Source of the DNA: an uncultured Eubacteriales bacterium
GTDB lineage: Bacteria; Bacillota; Sulfobacillia; Fermentithermobacillales; Fermentithermobacillaceae
Length of the DNA: 64,000 nucleotides
Assembly: GCA_964641455.1 (NCBI GenBank)
Contig: CAZXLH010000009.1
Location: 1,534-65,533, forward strand
Direction of reading: 5' to 3'
Shown: positions 50,069 to 61,747 of the stretch, in pieces
Position numbering within the stretch: the stretch's first letter is position 1
Layout: each line of letters opens with the position of its first letter
The notes under the pieces: model-generated
Databases searched by the model: none
Seen by the model: only the letters and a program-made list of their open reading frames with translations
Told to the model about the DNA's origin: nothing
Position numbers and translations under genes: made by a program

Positions 50069-50419
50069 TTACTTTTCTGGATCAACAAGCTGTATTACGG
50101 CCATGAGAGCGCCATCGCCGCGTCTTTGACGGGTTTGTATCACCCTTGTGTACCCACCTGAACGATGAGCATATCTGGGCCCGATGGTCTCGAAAAGCTT
50201 TGTTACCACGTCTTCGTTATTGATAAAAGCAAGAGCCCTTCTCCGGGCAGCCAGGTTATCTTGTTTTGCAAGAGTAATCATTTTCTCGCAAATGGACTGG
50301 GCCTCTTTAGCCTTGACGAGAGTAGTTTCTACTCTTTCATGCTCTAAAAGTGACGTCACAAGGCCGCGAAGAAGCGCCTTGCGTTGTGCTGTAGGTCGGT
50401 CAAATCGCGAGTAGCCCAC
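50069..50419 (-). CDS. rplQ: 50S ribosomal protein L17
   Basis: MGYSRFDRPTAQRKALLRGLVTSLLEHERVETT. Confidence 0.92.
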   Translation of the reverse strand: MGYSRFDRPTAQRKALLRGLVTSLLEHERVETTLVKAKEAQSICEKMITLAKQDNLAARRRALAFINNEDVVTKLFETIGPRYAHRSGGYTRVIQTRQRRGDGALMAVIQLVDPEK

Positions 50420-50431
50420 TTCGTTTCCCCC

Positions 50432-51382
50432 TCATTCCTCTTCCAGGCGAAAAGCCAGCCCAAACTCAGCCAGCTTGGACTTGACCTCTGCAAGCGACTT
50501 CTTACCCATATTTCTAACCTTAGAAATCTCCTGCTCGGTCTTCTGAACAAGTTCGCCCAAAGTATTGATTCCTGCGCGTTTTAGGCAGTTAAATGCCCTA
50601 ACTGAGAGTTCAAGTTCTTCAACTGGCATTTCAAGCAATTTGTCCAGTTCTGACTTTTCCTCAGGTTCTTCTTCCTTTGCATCCTCTTTGACTCTCTCTG
50701 TAAGGTTCTTAAAGAGCTCGAGATGGTCAATTAGTATCCCAGCAGACATTTCAATGGATTTCTCAGGTTTAATGCTTCCGTCTGTCCATATCTCCAAGAT
50801 TAGCTTGTCATAGTCAGTTCTTTGCCCTACACGGGTATCTTCTATTTGGAAGTTAACCTTGGTAATAGGAGTGAACCTTGAATCCACTGCTATTGTTCCC
50901 AAAGGCTGATCTGGCAACTTGTTGTCTTCTGCTGTGACATATCCCCGCCCATCCTCAATAATTAACTCCATAGACAAAGCGCCGTCATCGTCAAGTTCTG
51001 CAATATGAACATCAGGATTTACAATTTCGACATCAGGGTCCACTAATATGTCACGGCCTGTAACCGTTCCCGGCCCCTCTTTGTCTATTCGAGCCACTTT
51101 TAGTCCCGGGTTATGCATCTTAAGAACCAGTTCCTTAAGGTTCAACAGTAACTCAGTAACGTCTTCCCGGACGCCAGGCATAGCCGTAAACTCGTGAAGC
51201 ACTCCGTCTATCCTGACTCTGGTTACCGCTGCGCCCGGCAGAGATGACAACAGTACACGCCTTAAGGAATTTCCTAAGGTAACGCCGTACCCCTCTTCTA
51301 AAGGCTCTACCACAAAACGGCCATATCTCTTATCCAGAGATATCTCTTCACATTGAATTTTTGGCTCGATCAAATCGAACAC
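50432..51382 (-). CDS. rpoA: DNA-directed RNA polymerase alpha subunit
   Basis: 316 aa; N-terminal dimerisation domain and C-terminal alpha-CTD. Confidence 0.93.
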   Translation of the reverse strand: MFDLIEPKIQCEEISLDKRYGRFVVEPLEEGYGVTLGNSLRRVLLSSLPGAAVTRVRIDGVLHEFTAMPGVREDVTELLLNLKELVLKMHNPGLKVARIDKEGPGTVTGRDILVDPDVEIVNPDVHIAELDDDGALSMELIIEDGRGYVTAEDNKLPDQPLGTIAVDSRFTPITKVNFQIEDTRVGQRTDYDKLILEIWTDGSIKPEKSIEMSAGILIDHLELFKNLTERVKEDAKEEEPEEKSELDKLLEMPVEELELSVRAFNCLKRAGINTLGELVQKTEQEISKVRNMGKKSLAEVKSKLAEFGLAFRLEEE

Positions 51383-51424
51383 TATATGAGCCCCCCTTGT
51401 TTAACACACTTTTCCCGGGGTAAA

Positions 51425-52045
51425 TTACTTCGAATAAAGCTCAACAATTAACCGCTCATCAACTGGAGCGTCAACTTCCTCCCGCTCTGGCAGCCTAAGA
51501 ACTGTACATTTCCAGTTCTTAGCATCCAACGAAATCCAGGCCGGAGCTGTATGTCCCTCCAGATATTCTGCCATGGCTTTGAACCTATCCATTTTCAAAG
51601 ACCGTGGCCTAATGGCAATTTCGTCCCCGGGGCTTACCAGAAATGAGGCAATGTCAACCTTACGGCCATTTACAGCCACATGTCCATGATTTACAATCTG
51701 CCTTGCTTCCCTTCTGGAACCGGCAAACCCAGCCCGGTAAACTACGTTGTCCAGCCTTCGTTCAAGCAACTGCATTAAAGTCTCACCGGTAACGCCTCTT
51801 GCTTTAATGGCCGTCCTGAAATACCCTCGGAACTGTTTTTCTCCAACACCGTAAAACCTCTTAGCTTTTTGCTTTTCTCGAAGCTGCAATCCGTACTCGC
51901 TAGGTCTTCTCATTCTGGTGTGCATTCCAGGAGGTGAGGACCGCTTCTCAAAAGTACATTTCGTATAACATTTCTCACCTTTAAGATATAGCTTCTGGCC
52001 TTCACGCCTGCACAACCTGCAGACAGGCCCTGTGTATCTGCTCAT
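51425..52045 (-). CDS. rpsD: 30S ribosomal protein S4
   Basis: [26 protein letters not shown]. Confidence 0.93.
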   Translation of the reverse strand: MSRYTGPVCRLCRREGQKLYLKGEKCYTKCTFEKRSSPPGMHTRMRRPSEYGLQLREKQKAKRFYGVGEKQFRGYFRTAIKARGVTGETLMQLLERRLDNVVYRAGFAGSRREARQIVNHGHVAVNGRKVDIASFLVSPGDEIAIRPRSLKMDRFKAMAEYLEGHTAPAWISLDAKNWKCTVLRLPEREEVDAPVDERLIVELYSK

Positions 52046-52057
52046 TGTTTGCCTCCC

Positions 52058-52450
52058 TCACACTCTTCGTCGCTTTGGTGGGCGGCATCCGTTATGTGGT
52101 ACAGGAGTAACATCCTTGATGAGGGTAACTTCAAGGCCGGCAGCCTGTAACGCACGTATGGCCGCCTCTCTCCCGGCACCCGGCCCCTTGACACGAACCT
52201 CTACTTCTCTCATGCCAACATCAATAGCCTGCTTAGCTGCAACTTCCGCTGCTGTTTGCGCAGCAAAAGGAGTGCTCTTTCTGGACCCTTTGAAGCCCTG
52301 TTCTCCTGCTGATGACCAAGATACCGCTCCGCCCTGGGTATCGGTTATGCTAACCATTGTGTTATTGAAAGTCGATCTTATATGAGCAATGCCCTTTTCA
52401 ACAACACGCCGTTCTCTCCTTCTTCTAACCCTTTGCTTCCTTCTAGCCAA
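52058..52450 (-). CDS. rpsK: 30S ribosomal protein S11
   Basis: [18 protein letters not shown]. Confidence 0.93.
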   Translation of the reverse strand: MARRKQRVRRRRERRVVEKGIAHIRSTFNNTMVSITDTQGGAVSWSSAGEQGFKGSRKSTPFAAQTAAEVAAKQAIDVGMREVEVRVKGPGAGREAAIRALQAAGLEVTLIKDVTPVPHNGCRPPKRRRV

Positions 52451-52472
52451 AGCTTATCTACCCTCCCCGACG

Positions 52473-52844
52473 TCATCTCTTCCGTCTGATTCCAACTGTC
52501 TTCTTGGGGCCTTTTCTTGTACGAGCATTGGTCTGAGTCCTCTGCCCTCTCACAGGCAGGCCCCGTCTATGACGCAGTCCTCTGTATGTCCCAAGATCAA
52601 TTAGTCTTTTTATATTAAGCTGCTCTTCAGTTCTGAGATCACCTTCGACTTTGTAGTTCTTATCAATAAAGTCTCTAATACGGGCAATTTCTTCTTCTGT
52701 AAGATCTCTTACACGCGTATCAGGGCTAACTCCGGTAGCATCAAGTATCTGTTTTGCCCGGGTTCGCCCGATACCGTAAATATACGGAAGGGCAGCTTCT
52801 AATTTCTTATCTCTAGGTAAATCAACACCTGCTATACGAGCCAT
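52473..52844 (-). CDS. rpsM: 30S ribosomal protein S13
   Basis: [26 protein letters not shown]. Confidence 0.93.
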   Translation of the reverse strand: MARIAGVDLPRDKKLEAALPYIYGIGRTRAKQILDATGVSPDTRVRDLTEEEIARIRDFIDKNYKVEGDLRTEEQLNIKRLIDLGTYRGLRHRRGLPVRGQRTQTNARTRKGPKKTVGIRRKR

Positions 52845-52860
52845 AAGATTTCACCCCCGT

Positions 52861-52974
52861 TCAACCCTGTCTCTGTTTGTGCTTCGGATTCGGGCAAACC
52901 ACTACAACTTTGCCGTGTCTTCTGATAATCCGGCACTTTTCGCATATTTTCTTCACTGAAGGCCTCACCTTCAC
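52861..52974 (-). CDS. rpmJ: 50S ribosomal protein L36
   Basis: Not in the ORF track (under 60 aa). Minus-strand GTG after GAAGGGGG RBS translates to [37 protein letters not shown], stop TGA at 52861-52863. Confidence 0.85.
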   Translation of the reverse strand: MKVRPSVKKICEKCRIIRRHGKVVVVCPNPKHKQRQG

Positions 52975-53012
52975 ATGAATAACCCCCTTCAAAAGGAAGA
53001 GATCCCTTGTCC

Positions 53013-53231
53013 TTATCTCAGACGCCGGACAATTCTGCCGCGGGTTAGGTCGTAAGGGCTTAACTCAACAAGTACTCTGTCTCCGGCAAGAATCTTAATA
53101 AAATTGATTCTCATCTTCCCGGAAATGTGCGCCAGTACCTGATGTCCACCTTCAACCTCTACCCGAAACATGGCATTGGGAAGTGGCTCTGTTACTCTGC
53201 CCTCGACCTCAATGCTGTCTTGCTTCGGCAT
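53013..53231 (-). CDS. infA: translation initiation factor IF-1
   Basis: [41 protein letters not shown]...; 72 aa from ATG with GAGGAGG RBS. Confidence 0.92.
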   Translation of the reverse strand: MPKQDSIEVEGRVTEPLPNAMFRVEVEGGHQVLAHISGKMRINFIKILAGDRVLVELSPYDLTRGRIVRRLR

Positions 53232-53278
53232 GCTATTCCTCCTCATTTATAACAAAAGTGTATCCTAAAATTGCCAAT

Positions 53279-54022
53279 TTATACCATGGTTAGACGGACA
53301 GGGCCTTTTTCGGTAATAGCCACTGTATGCTCAAAGTGAGCGGACCATAACCCATCTCCGGTTTCAACACGCATGTCAGGATAGGTAATTACTTCTGATC
53401 CTCCAACATTGACCATAGGTTCGATGGCTATTGCCATACCTTTGCGTAACACCGGCCCTCTGCCCGGCTTGCCGAAATTTGGCACTGTTGGGCCTTCATG
53501 CATAGATCTTCCAACCCCATGCCCTGCGTAATCTTTAACTACACTGAACCCTTGTTGTTTCACAAATTTTTCAATTACATGACCTATGTCACCAACGTGG
53601 GCCCCTGCTACTGCTTGGTCAATTCCCTTATTCAGCGCCTCTTTGGTAACGTCAATGAGCCTTTGGGCCTCTGGAGAAACTTCCCCAACCGGGAATGTCG
53701 CCGCGGTATCTCCTACGAAACCCTGGAAAGTAGCGCCTACGTCAATCGAGATAATGTCGCCTTCTTCCAAAACCGTATCTCCGGGAACTCCATGTACAAC
53801 TATCTCATTCTTAGAAGTACAGATAGTTGCCGGAAAGCCGTAAAGGCCCTTGAATGTAGGAAACGCTCCTTTGCTTCTTATAAAAGACTCAGCAGCCCGA
53901 TCCAAATCCCTTGTTCTAACCCCGGGCTTTATCATTTCGCCCAAGTGCATCAAACACTGGGCTGCAATTCGCCCTGCTTTGGCCATAATAGCCAGTTCGT
54001 CCTCGGTTTTTAGAATAATCAT
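53279..54022 (-). CDS. map: methionine aminopeptidase type I
   Basis: MetAP-I fold with metal ligands; likely start MIILKTEDE forming ATGA overlap with adk stop. Confidence 0.88.
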   Translation of the reverse strand: MIILKTEDELAIMAKAGRIAAQCLMHLGEMIKPGVRTRDLDRAAESFIRSKGAFPTFKGLYGFPATICTSKNEIVVHGVPGDTVLEEGDIISIDVGATFQGFVGDTAATFPVGEVSPEAQRLIDVTKEALNKGIDQAVAGAHVGDIGHVIEKFVKQQGFSVVKDYAGHGVGRSMHEGPTVPNFGKPGRGPVLRKGMAIAIEPMVNVGGSEVITYPDMRVETGDGLWSAHFEHTVAITEKGPVRLTMV

Positions 54023-54693
54023 TGATCTATCTCTTCCCTGTCCAACCCTCTGTTTTTGAGCGCTGTAACTATTCTTTGAAAGATAGAATCTACATCTCCG
54101 CAACCATTTATTGATACCATAATTCCATCCCGATTGTAATACTCGCGCAAAGGTTCGGTAACCTCATGATAAACTCTAAACCGCTCTCTCATCGTATCTT
54201 CTTTATCGTCTTCGCGTATGATAAGCGCCCCTCGGCAAACATCGCACTTGCCTTCTGTTTTAGGAGGCTGAAGTTTAATATTATACGGCTTCCCGCACCC
54301 TGAGCAAACCCTTCTTGTTCTGGATCTTTCCATAAGTTCTTCTTCTGGAACCTTAAGGTCAATTACCAGGTTAAGTTTTTCATTTCTGGTTTCAAGAAGT
54401 TCTTCCAGAGCTTTAGCCTGGGCTATGTTCCTGGGAAAACCGTCTAAAACAAAGCCATTGCCGGCTTCGGGTAAATCAAGCCTCTTCTCAATAATTTGGA
54501 CAGTTATATCATCAGGTACCAGGCGTCCTTCGGCCATTATTCCTTGCACAAGACGTCCCAGGCTTGTGTCCGCTTTGACTTCTTGCCTAAAGATATCACC
54601 AGGTGCTATATGCATCAGCCCAAACTCTTGAGCCACTAATTTTGCCTGTGTGCCTTTACCCGCACCCGGCGGCCCCAAGAACAAAAGTTTCAC
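54019..54693 (-). CDS. adk: adenylate kinase
   Basis: P-loop GPPGAGKGTQ; zinc LID CSGCG...CDVC. Confidence 0.93.
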   Translation of the reverse strand: MKLLFLGPPGAGKGTQAKLVAQEFGLMHIAPGDIFRQEVKADTSLGRLVQGIMAEGRLVPDDITVQIIEKRLDLPEAGNGFVLDGFPRNIAQAKALEELLETRNEKLNLVIDLKVPEEELMERSRTRRVCSGCGKPYNIKLQPPKTEGKCDVCRGALIIREDDKEDTMRERFRVYHEVTEPLREYYNRDGIMVSINGCGDVDSIFQRIVTALKNRGLDREEIDQ

Positions 54694-54703
54694 TGAAATC
54701 TCC

Positions 54704-55966
54704 TCACTTTAAAAAACCCTCATAGTTCCGCATTACAAGTTGAGCCTCAATCTGCTTCATAGTATCAAGTGCCACACCCACGACAATAAGCATAGCAGTA
54801 CCGCCCAGCGCCTGGAATCCCGGTAAACCGGTTATCTGGATAACAAAGTTTGGCAGTATCGCTATTATCGCAAGGAAGATTGCCCCGACAAAGGTTATCT
54901 TGTTTACGACTCTGGCCAACACATCTGCCGTGGGTTTGCCTGGGCGAATGCCCGGTATGAATCCTCCGTATTTCCTCATGTTATCCGCTACATCCAATGG
55001 GTTAAACACCATAGATGTATAGAAGAAAGTAAACCCGAAAATAAGCAAAGCATACAAGACTATATACCACGGTTGCCTGTAATCAAAGAAACTTTCCAAT
55101 GAGCGTGCCCATGGCGCCTGTACGAACGATGCAATGGTCGCCGGAAAAGCCAGAAGCGAAGACGCAAAAATTACAGGAATTACGCCTGCCTGGTTGATCC
55201 TGATTGGAATATGGGTTGAATAACCGCCCATCATTCGCCGCCCAACAACCCTCTTTGAATACTGTACCGGAACCCGTCTTTCGCCTTCAGTAATCCATAT
55301 GACCAACACCAGTGTAACCAATGTTATAGCCAAGAGCGCCACTACATTGTACCAACTGGTCTGCCCCAATTTCAGCAAAACATACAAACTGGCTAGCTCA
55401 CGGGGCATTCCTGATACTATACCGCCAAATATGAACAGAGAAATCCCATTTCCAATACCTTTTTCGGTAATAAGTTCTCCAAGCCACATCAAGAAAGCAG
55501 TCCCAGCCGTAAGGCTCAGTATTGCTTCAATAAGGATCCAAGGTGAAGAAGAGACAAGCGCTCCCTGTGACCGTATACCCAGTGTCATACCGGTAGCCTG
55601 CAGGGCTGCAATGATTATCGTCCCATACCTGGTATAGTCCTGAAGCCTTTCTCTTCCTTCCGGTTCTTTGGACATCTCTTCCCACTTGGGTATAACCATT
55701 GTAAGAAGCTGCATAATGATGGAACTGTTAATATACGGGTAAATGCTCATTGCAAATACCGAGTAGTTCCGTAACGCCCCACCTGAGAAAAGGTCCATAA
55801 ACGCAAACAGCGTTCCTTCCTTGAACAGTTCGGCAATTACTTCAGGAATAATTCCGGGTACAGGTACTGCAACCCCTGCCCTGAACACTATCAGCATACC
55901 AATTGTGTACAGTATTCTGTTTCGAAGATCAGGGATGCGCCATGCAGTCCTGAGCGTCGATAACAT
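54704..55966 (-). CDS. secY: preprotein translocase subunit SecY
   Basis: 420 aa, 10 TM, conserved SecY segments. Confidence 0.93.
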   Translation of the reverse strand: MLSTLRTAWRIPDLRNRILYTIGMLIVFRAGVAVPVPGIIPEVIAELFKEGTLFAFMDLFSGGALRNYSVFAMSIYPYINSSIIMQLLTMVIPKWEEMSKEPEGRERLQDYTRYGTIIIAALQATGMTLGIRSQGALVSSSPWILIEAILSLTAGTAFLMWLGELITEKGIGNGISLFIFGGIVSGMPRELASLYVLLKLGQTSWYNVVALLAITLVTLVLVIWITEGERRVPVQYSKRVVGRRMMGGYSTHIPIRINQAGVIPVIFASSLLAFPATIASFVQAPWARSLESFFDYRQPWYIVLYALLIFGFTFFYTSMVFNPLDVADNMRKYGGFIPGIRPGKPTADVLARVVNKITFVGAIFLAIIAILPNFVIQITGLPGFQALGGTAMLIVVGVALDTMKQIEAQLVMRNYEGFLK

Positions 55967-56410
55967 CTATATCACCTCGGCTTTGCCGCCGGCAGCCTCA
56001 ATTTTCTGCTTTGCGGAATTAGAAAATGCATGTGCCCTAACGGTAATAGCCTTTTTAATCTCGCCCTCACCCAAGATTTTAATATGCCGAGAAGTTCTTC
56101 TTACAAGGCCAGCGGCTTTTAGTTCCTCAGGACCCACCTGGCTACCTGATTCAAATACATCTATTTCGCCGATATTTACGATATCGTAAGTAGTTCCGAA
56201 TATGTTTTTGAATCCTCTTTTCGGAATACGCCTTATGAATCTTGTCTGTCCACCTTCAAAGCCAGGAGGTATATTGCCTCCAGACCTTGATTTCTGGCCT
56301 TTTTGCCCTCGCCCAGCAGTTTTCCCAAACCCTGAACCCAGTCCTTGACCCTTGCGCCGGGGTTTCTTAACCGAACCTGGGGCAGGTGACAAAGCTTCAT
56401 GCAAGTCCAT
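55967..56410 (-). CDS. rplO: 50S ribosomal protein L15
   Basis: [45 protein letters not shown]. Confidence 0.92.
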   Translation of the reverse strand: MDLHEALSPAPGSVKKPRRKGQGLGSGFGKTAGRGQKGQKSRSGGNIPPGFEGGQTRFIRRIPKRGFKNIFGTTYDIVNIGEIDVFESGSQVGPEELKAAGLVRRTSRHIKILGEGEIKKAITVRAHAFSNSAKQKIEAAGGKAEVI

Positions 56411-56972
56411 TAGACATGACCTCCGATTCTTCGTCTTCTTCCTTCCTCCCTACCAGTCCACGGATCTCTGCTATCTCACGAGCACTGCGAAGGCTTTTTA
56501 GTGCTTCGATAGTCGCATAAACCACGTTATATGGGTTCGAAGAGCCCAAAGACTTGGCCAGAACATCTTCTATTCCTCCAAGTTCCATAATTGGGCGTAC
56601 ACCACGGCCAGCAATAATACCTGTACCCGGCGATGCTGGGCGTAAAAGAACCCTACCGGCACCGTAACGGCCGATAACCTCGTGTGGAATGGTAGTCCCG
56701 TTCATAGGCACTTCAATAACGTTCTTCTTGGCATCGTCAATGCCTTTCCTAATCGCATCGGTAAGATCTTGTGCCTTTCCCAATCCGGCTCCTACCTTGC
56801 CTTTTCCATTTCCTACTACCACAAGGGCCCTGAAAGTTCGCCTACGCCCACCTTTTACAGTCTTCGATACTGGGCCGAAGGTAACCACATGGTCCTTGAA
56901 TTCTTCCTGAGGCTGGCCTCTGCGGCCACCCCTCCTGGAACCCTTTCTTGACAACAAATAATCACCCCGCAT
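56397..56972 (-). CDS. rpsE: 30S ribosomal protein S5
   Basis: Start MRGDYLL (ATG 56970-56972, 1 nt after rplR TAA); [27 protein letters not shown]; 3' end overlaps rplO by 14 nt. Confidence 0.92.
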   Translation of the reverse strand: MRGDYLLSRKGSRRGGRRGQPQEEFKDHVVTFGPVSKTVKGGRRRTFRALVVVGNGKGKVGAGLGKAQDLTDAIRKGIDDAKKNVIEVPMNGTTIPHEVIGRYGAGRVLLRPASPGTGIIAGRGVRPIMELGGIEDVLAKSLGSSNPYNVVYATIEALKSLRSAREIAEIRGLVGRKEEDEESEVMSNGLA

Positions 56973-56973
56973 A

Positions 56974-57339
56974 TTAAAAATCCAGCCCAGCTTCTCTGGC
57001 ACCTTCCGCCAGAGCTTTCACCCTTCCATGATACCGATAGCCGCCTCTGTCAAACACAACCTGTGTAATGTTTTTTTCCACAGCTCTTTTGCCTATCAGG
57101 TTTCCGACCAATCTGGCTCCATCAATATTGCCACCTGATTTACCAGATGTCTTAAATGCCTCTTCACATGAAGATGCTGACACCAGGGTTTGCTGGGTTA
57201 CATCATCAATCACCTGTGCGTAAATATGGTTCAAACTTCTAAATACGTTTAACCTGGGACGCTCAGGCGTACCGGCCACTTTGCTTCTTACGCGAAGGTG
57301 GCGCATGGCTCGCTTCTTATTCTTCATATTCACAGCCAT
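56974..57339 (-). CDS. rplR: 50S ribosomal protein L18
   Basis: [18 protein letters not shown]. Confidence 0.92.
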   Translation of the reverse strand: MAVNMKNKKRAMRHLRVRSKVAGTPERPRLNVFRSLNHIYAQVIDDVTQQTLVSASSCEEAFKTSGKSGGNIDGARLVGNLIGKRAVEKNITQVVFDRGGYRYHGRVKALAEGAREAGLDF

Positions 57340-57362
57340 CGAATGTCTTCCTCCCCTACAGG

Positions 57363-57899
57363 CTACTTAGCGCCCTTAACAACCTTGCGTCTTATTGTCT
57401 CTCCAGTATATCTCACGCCTGTTCCTTGATAAGGCTCCGGCGGCCGCAGCCTTCGTATGTCAGCCGCTATCTGGCCAACCATAGCCTTATCAGTTCCTCG
57501 CACTATTACTTTTGTAGGAACCGGCACTTCAATCTCAATTCCCTTAGGAGGTACAATCTCACAAGGTTTGGAGAACCCGAGATTTAGTATCACTTTATTT
57601 CCGGACTTTGAAGCTCGATAGCCAACACCAGACATTTCAAGTGATTTTTCGTAACCTTGGGTCACACCTATTACCATATTGTCAACCAAAGTACGCGTAA
57701 GCCCGTGAAGCGACTTATGCTTCTTAGTGTCAGACGGCCTTTCCACCGAAATTGAGTTGCCTTCAACGATAATCTTCATGTCCGGATGAAACTCTTTCCT
57801 TAATGTGCCCTTAGGGCCTTTTACGGTAACAGTGGCATTATCCACTGTTACATTAACCCCTGAGGGTATTTCTATGGGTTTTATTCCTATTCGCGACAT
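57363..57899 (-). CDS. rplF: 50S ribosomal protein L6
   Basis: [19 protein letters not shown]. Confidence 0.92.
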   Translation of the reverse strand: MSRIGIKPIEIPSGVNVTVDNATVTVKGPKGTLRKEFHPDMKIIVEGNSISVERPSDTKKHKSLHGLTRTLVDNMVIGVTQGYEKSLEMSGVGYRASKSGNKVILNLGFSKPCEIVPPKGIEIEVPVPTKVIVRGTDKAMVGQIAADIRRLRPPEPYQGTGVRYTGETIRRKVVKGAK

Positions 57900-57921
57900 G
57901 TAAAAACCCTCCTGTACCTTC

Positions 57922-58317
57922 CTACCATACGTAACAGACTACCTCGCCGCCAATTCCTTCTCTACGTGCTGCTCTGTCGTCCATAACTCCCTTGGATGTA
58001 GAAATGACAGCAATACCTAATCCGCCTAATACTCTCGGAATATCATCTTTGCCAGCATAAACCCTAAGACCGGGCTTGGAGATCTGCCTAATTCCGGTTA
58101 TTGCACAGGTTCTCCCAGGACCGTATTTCAAGTATGCTCGTAACTTTGCATACGGTTTTCCTTCGATTACCTCATAGTCCCTTATATAGCCTTCTGCTTT
58201 AAGGACCGCCAGAATCCTCTCCTTCATCTTAGAGAACGGCATATCCACTCTCTCGTGTTTCGCCATGCCAGCGTTGCGGAGTCTCGTAAGCATATCCGCA
58301 ATAGGATCATGTGTCAT
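57922..58317 (-). CDS. rpsH: 30S ribosomal protein S8
   Basis: [13 protein letters not shown]. Confidence 0.92.
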   Translation of the reverse strand: MTHDPIADMLTRLRNAGMAKHERVDMPFSKMKERILAVLKAEGYIRDYEVIEGKPYAKLRAYLKYGPGRTCAITGIRQISKPGLRVYAGKDDIPRVLGGLGIAVISTSKGVMDDRAARREGIGGEVVCYVW

Positions 58318-58331
58318 CGATAATCTCCCTC

Positions 58332-58517
58332 CTACCAGCTGGCTTTCTTTACGCCAGGAATCTCACCGCGATGAGCCAAAGCCCTGAAGCAGTGCCTACA
58401 CAAGCCAAATTTTCTCATATAGGCACGGGTCCTGCCGCAGATGTTGCATCTATTAACTCTCCGCGTAGAGAATTTTGGCTCTTCTTTAGACTTCATGATT
58501 TTCGCCTTTTTCGCCAA
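58332..58517 (-). CDS. rpsZ: 30S ribosomal protein S14 type Z (zinc-binding)
   Basis: 61 aa; [10 protein letters not shown]...CRHCFR. Confidence 0.9.
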   Translation of the reverse strand: MAKKAKIMKSKEEPKFSTRRVNRCNICGRTRAYMRKFGLCRHCFRALAHRGEIPGVKKASW

Positions 58518-58529
58518 AATATCTCCTCC

Positions 58530-59066
58530 TTACTCTCTAAAAGGCATACCCAGGCTCTTAAGAAGGTATCGCCCTTCTTCATCGGTTTCCGCTGTAGTAG
58601 TAATGGTAATGTTCATACCACGTATTTGCGATACTTCATCATACTCAATTTCCGGAAATATAATCTGCTCTTTAAGCCCCATGGAATAGTTGCCCCTGCC
58701 GTCAAAACTGTCAGGCGACATTCCACGGAAATCTCTTACACGGGGAAGAACCACATTGAACAGTTTTTCCAAAAAGTCATACATGCGCTCTCCCCTGAGA
58801 GTAACTTTACATCCTACATTCATACCCGCTCTTACTTTGAAGGCTGATATCGAGCGCCTGGCTTTGGTGATAACCGGCCTCTGCCCCGCAATCTTCGTGA
58901 GATCAGAGACTGCAGCTTCCAAAGCATCCGCATTTTGAGTAGCTTCGCCTACTCCCATGTTAATGACAACTTTTTCGATTTTCGGCACTTGCAATATGTT
59001 TTTGTAATCAAATGCCTTCATCATGGCGGGAACTACCTCTTGACGGTATACATCCCTAAGCGACAT
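58530..59066 (-). CDS. rplE: 50S ribosomal protein L5
   Basis: [40 protein letters not shown]; the listed ORF start at 59081 would instead give an ATGA overlap with rplX. Confidence 0.9.
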   Translation of the reverse strand: MSLRDVYRQEVVPAMMKAFDYKNILQVPKIEKVVINMGVGEATQNADALEAAVSDLTKIAGQRPVITKARRSISAFKVRAGMNVGCKVTLRGERMYDFLEKLFNVVLPRVRDFRGMSPDSFDGRGNYSMGLKEQIIFPEIEYDEVSQIRGMNITITTTAETDEEGRYLLKSLGMPFRE

Positions 59067-59077
59067 GTTCCTCGACC

Positions 59078-59389
59078 TCACTTGTCAATTGCTTCGCCAC
59101 ATTTCCGACAAACTCTGACTTTCTTATCATCCGATACCTTAAATCCAACCCTTACGGGCCTGGAACACTTGGGGCATAAAAGCATCACAGCTGACCTGTG
59201 TATAGGGCCCTCCCTCTCAATAATGCCGCCTTGCGGCAAATCCTGGGTGGGCTTTTGATGCCGTTTATGCAAGTTCACCCGTTCAACAATCACACGGTTT
59301 TCTGAAGGCATAGCTCTTAAAACTTTGCCTTTTGCCCCTTTGTACTTGCCACTTATGACCAGAACCGTATCACCCTTACGAATATTCAC
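59078..59389 (-). CDS. rplX: 50S ribosomal protein L24
   Basis: [23 protein letters not shown]; KOW. Confidence 0.92.
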   Translation of the reverse strand: MNIRKGDTVLVISGKYKGAKGKVLRAMPSENRVIVERVNLHKRHQKPTQDLPQGGIIEREGPIHRSAVMLLCPKCSRPVRVGFKVSDDKKVRVCRKCGEAIDK

Positions 59390-59411
59390 TCAACCCACCA
59401 CCTTCCAGGCG

Positions 59412-59780
59412 CTAAATAACTTCGGGAGCTAAAGATATAATCTTTGTAAAACGCTTTTCTCGAAGTTCTCGTGCCACAGGCCCGAAAATCCGTGTGCCTT
59501 GAGGCTCTGTTTCATCTTTGAGAATTACAGCAGCGTTATCATCAAATTTGATGTACGTGCCGTCAGGGCGGCGAACATTTCTGTTTGTTCTGACTATGAC
59601 CGCTCTCACTACCTGCCCCTTCTTAACAACGCCTCCAGGCGTGGCCTCTTTTATCGAAGCAACGATGCTATCACCCAAGCAGGCATAGCGCCTAAAACCG
59701 CTCCCAAGGATCTTAATGCACATAATTTCTTTTGCACCTGTATTATCTGCTACCTTCAACCTGCTCTGTGGCTGAATCAA
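59412..59780 (-). CDS. rplN: 50S ribosomal protein L14
   Basis: [26 protein letters not shown]. Confidence 0.93.
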   Translation of the reverse strand: MIQPQSRLKVADNTGAKEIMCIKILGSGFRRYACLGDSIVASIKEATPGGVVKKGQVVRAVIVRTNRNVRRPDGTYIKFDDNAAVILKDETEPQGTRIFGPVARELREKRFTKIISLAPEVI

Positions 59781-60055
59781 GTCCGGTCACCCCCTGCCAG
59801 GCTCTTGGACTTCTCGATCACTTCGGAGATTCTCCACCGTTTGTGCTTCGATAAAGGCCTTGTTTCTACAAGCCTTACTTTATCTCCAACAACGGTACTG
59901 TTATCTGCGTCATGAGCCTGTATCTTTCGGGTTGATTTAAACCTCTTTTTGTAAAGTGAGTCCACTTTCCACCTTTCAACGGCTACAACCCGAGTCTTAT
60001 CCATTTTGTCGCTTACAACGACTCCAATTAGTTGTTTACGTTTGCCACGTTCCAT
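59777..60055 (-). CDS. rpsQ: 30S ribosomal protein S17
   Basis: [23 protein letters not shown]. Confidence 0.92.
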   Translation of the reverse strand: MERGKRKQLIGVVVSDKMDKTRVVAVERWKVDSLYKKRFKSTRKIQAHDADNSTVVGDKVRLVETRPLSKHKRWRISEVIEKSKSLAGGDRT

Positions 60056-60058
60056 ACC

Positions 60059-60271
60059 TTAACCCTCCTGGGCAAGCATTCCAAGTTCTCTCTGGCGCTG
60101 AATGGTTTTCACCCGCGCTATGGACCGCTTAACCTCGCGTATACGCATCACATTGTCCAGCTGCCCTGTAGCCAGCTGAAAGCGCAGGTTAAACAGTTCA
60201 TCTTTGAGATCCGAAAGCTTGTTGTCTAAATCCTTGTCGCTCATCTTCCTAATTTCCTGCGCTTTCATCAT
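60059..60271 (-). CDS. rpmC: 50S ribosomal protein L29
   Basis: [31 protein letters not shown]. Confidence 0.9.
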   Translation of the reverse strand: MMKAQEIRKMSDKDLDNKLSDLKDELFNLRFQLATGQLDNVMRIREVKRSIARVKTIQRQRELGMLAQEG

Positions 60272-60722
60272 CGCTCACCGCCTTTTCCTGTAAGACACCC
60301 GTGACACCCATTGCTTCCGGACGTACCTGGAACTTCGTCTTTATCGGCAGCTTAGTAGATGCCAGCCTGAAAGCCTCTCTGGCTTGCTCCTCGGTTACAC
60401 CTGAGATTTCAAAAAGAATACGCCCAGGCTTTACTACTGCCACCCAATACTCCGGGTTGCCTTTACCGCTGCCCATCCTGGTTTCAGCCGGTTTCTTGGT
60501 TACCGGCTTATCAGGGAATATTCTAATCCAAACCTTGCCGCCACGTTTGATGTAACGGGTCAGAGCTATTCTTGCCGCCTCAATCTGCCTGTCAGTAATC
60601 CAGGCAGGTTCCAGCGCCATAAGCCCGTACTCACCGTAAAACACTTCATTTCCGCGTGCGGCCTGGCCTGTCATTCTACCCCTGTGCTGCTTCCGAAACT
60701 TAACACGTTTAGGCATCAACAT
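60249..60722 (-). CDS. rplP: 50S ribosomal protein L16
   Basis: [17 protein letters not shown]. Confidence 0.92.
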   Translation of the reverse strand: MLMPKRVKFRKQHRGRMTGQAARGNEVFYGEYGLMALEPAWITDRQIEAARIALTRYIKRGGKVWIRIFPDKPVTKKPAETRMGSGKGNPEYWVAVVKPGRILFEISGVTEEQAREAFRLASTKLPIKTKFQVRPEAMGVTGVLQEKAVSDDESAGN

Positions 60723-60725
60723 AGC

Positions 60726-61382
60726 TCACTTACCTCCCTTGCCCTCTTGAGATTTCAATGGGAGGACATCACCTTTGTATATCCATACCTTGACCCCGAT
60801 TCGGCCATAGGTTGTATGGGCTTCGGAGAATCCATAATCTATGTTGGCTCTTAAGGTATGGAGCGGAACCGTACCTTCTCCGGCCCTCTCGCTTCGTGCA
60901 ATTTCTGCACCGTGCAACCGCCCGGAAACCCTTACCCGGATTCCCTTGGCTCCAGACCTCATAGCCCTGCCAATGGCCTGTCTCATTGCTCTTCTGTACG
61001 ACACCCTTCTCGAAATTGACTCTGCAATGTTCTCAGATACTAACTGAGCATCAGTTTCAGGGCTCTTGACTTCAATACAGTGTATATTTACCCTTTTGCC
61101 CGTTAGTCTGGCAATATCTTTACGAAGAGCCTCGATACCCGTGCCTCTCCGCCCAATTACCATTCCAGGCCTTGCAGCATGAACAATTATACTGATTTCC
61201 TGAGGCTTCCGTTCTATTTCAATTCTTGGAATACCGGCCCGATATAACCTATCCTTAATGAAATCTCTAATCTTCTTGTCTTCGAGGAGGAGCTCAGCAA
61301 AGTTTTCTCTGGCAAACCACCTGGAATCCCAATCGTATATTACGCCAACACGTAGCCCTTTCGGATGAACTTTCTGACCCAA
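60726..61382 (-). CDS. rpsC: 30S ribosomal protein S3
   Basis: [24 protein letters not shown]; KH domain. Confidence 0.93.
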   Translation of the reverse strand: MGQKVHPKGLRVGVIYDWDSRWFARENFAELLLEDKKIRDFIKDRLYRAGIPRIEIERKPQEISIIVHAARPGMVIGRRGTGIEALRKDIARLTGKRVNIHCIEVKSPETDAQLVSENIAESISRRVSYRRAMRQAIGRAMRSGAKGIRVRVSGRLHGAEIARSERAGEGTVPLHTLRANIDYGFSEAHTTYGRIGVKVWIYKGDVLPLKSQEGKGGK

Positions 61383-61386
61383 AGCC

Positions 61387-61728
61387 CTAACCCTCCTCTC
61401 TTTCCTTCAGTACTACCGTTAAATGCGCCGTTCTTTTCAGTATGGGAAAAGCCTGGCCCCTCTGCCTAGGCTGATACCTCTTAAGAGTAGGCCCTGGCCC
61501 GACATAAATCTCAGAAACATAAAGCAAATCTGTATCCATCTCATGATTATTCTCTGCATTAGCCATTGCCGACCGTATTGCTTTTGCTACAACTGTACTA
61601 GCCCTTTTCGGAGTAAATCTTAAAACAGCCAATGCCTCTCTAACTGGTTTCCCCCGTACAAGATCGGCCACTACGCCCACTTTGGTAGGGGATATTCTGA
61701 TGTGCCTTACTTCGCAACGTGCTTCCAT
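61387..61728 (-). CDS. rplV: 50S ribosomal protein L22
   Basis: [27 protein letters not shown]. Confidence 0.92.
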   Translation of the reverse strand: MEARCEVRHIRISPTKVGVVADLVRGKPVREALAVLRFTPKRASTVVAKAIRSAMANAENNHEMDTDLLYVSEIYVGPGPTLKRYQPRQRGQAFPILKRTAHLTVVLKEREEG

Positions 61729-61747
61729 AAGTTCAAAATTGACCCCC

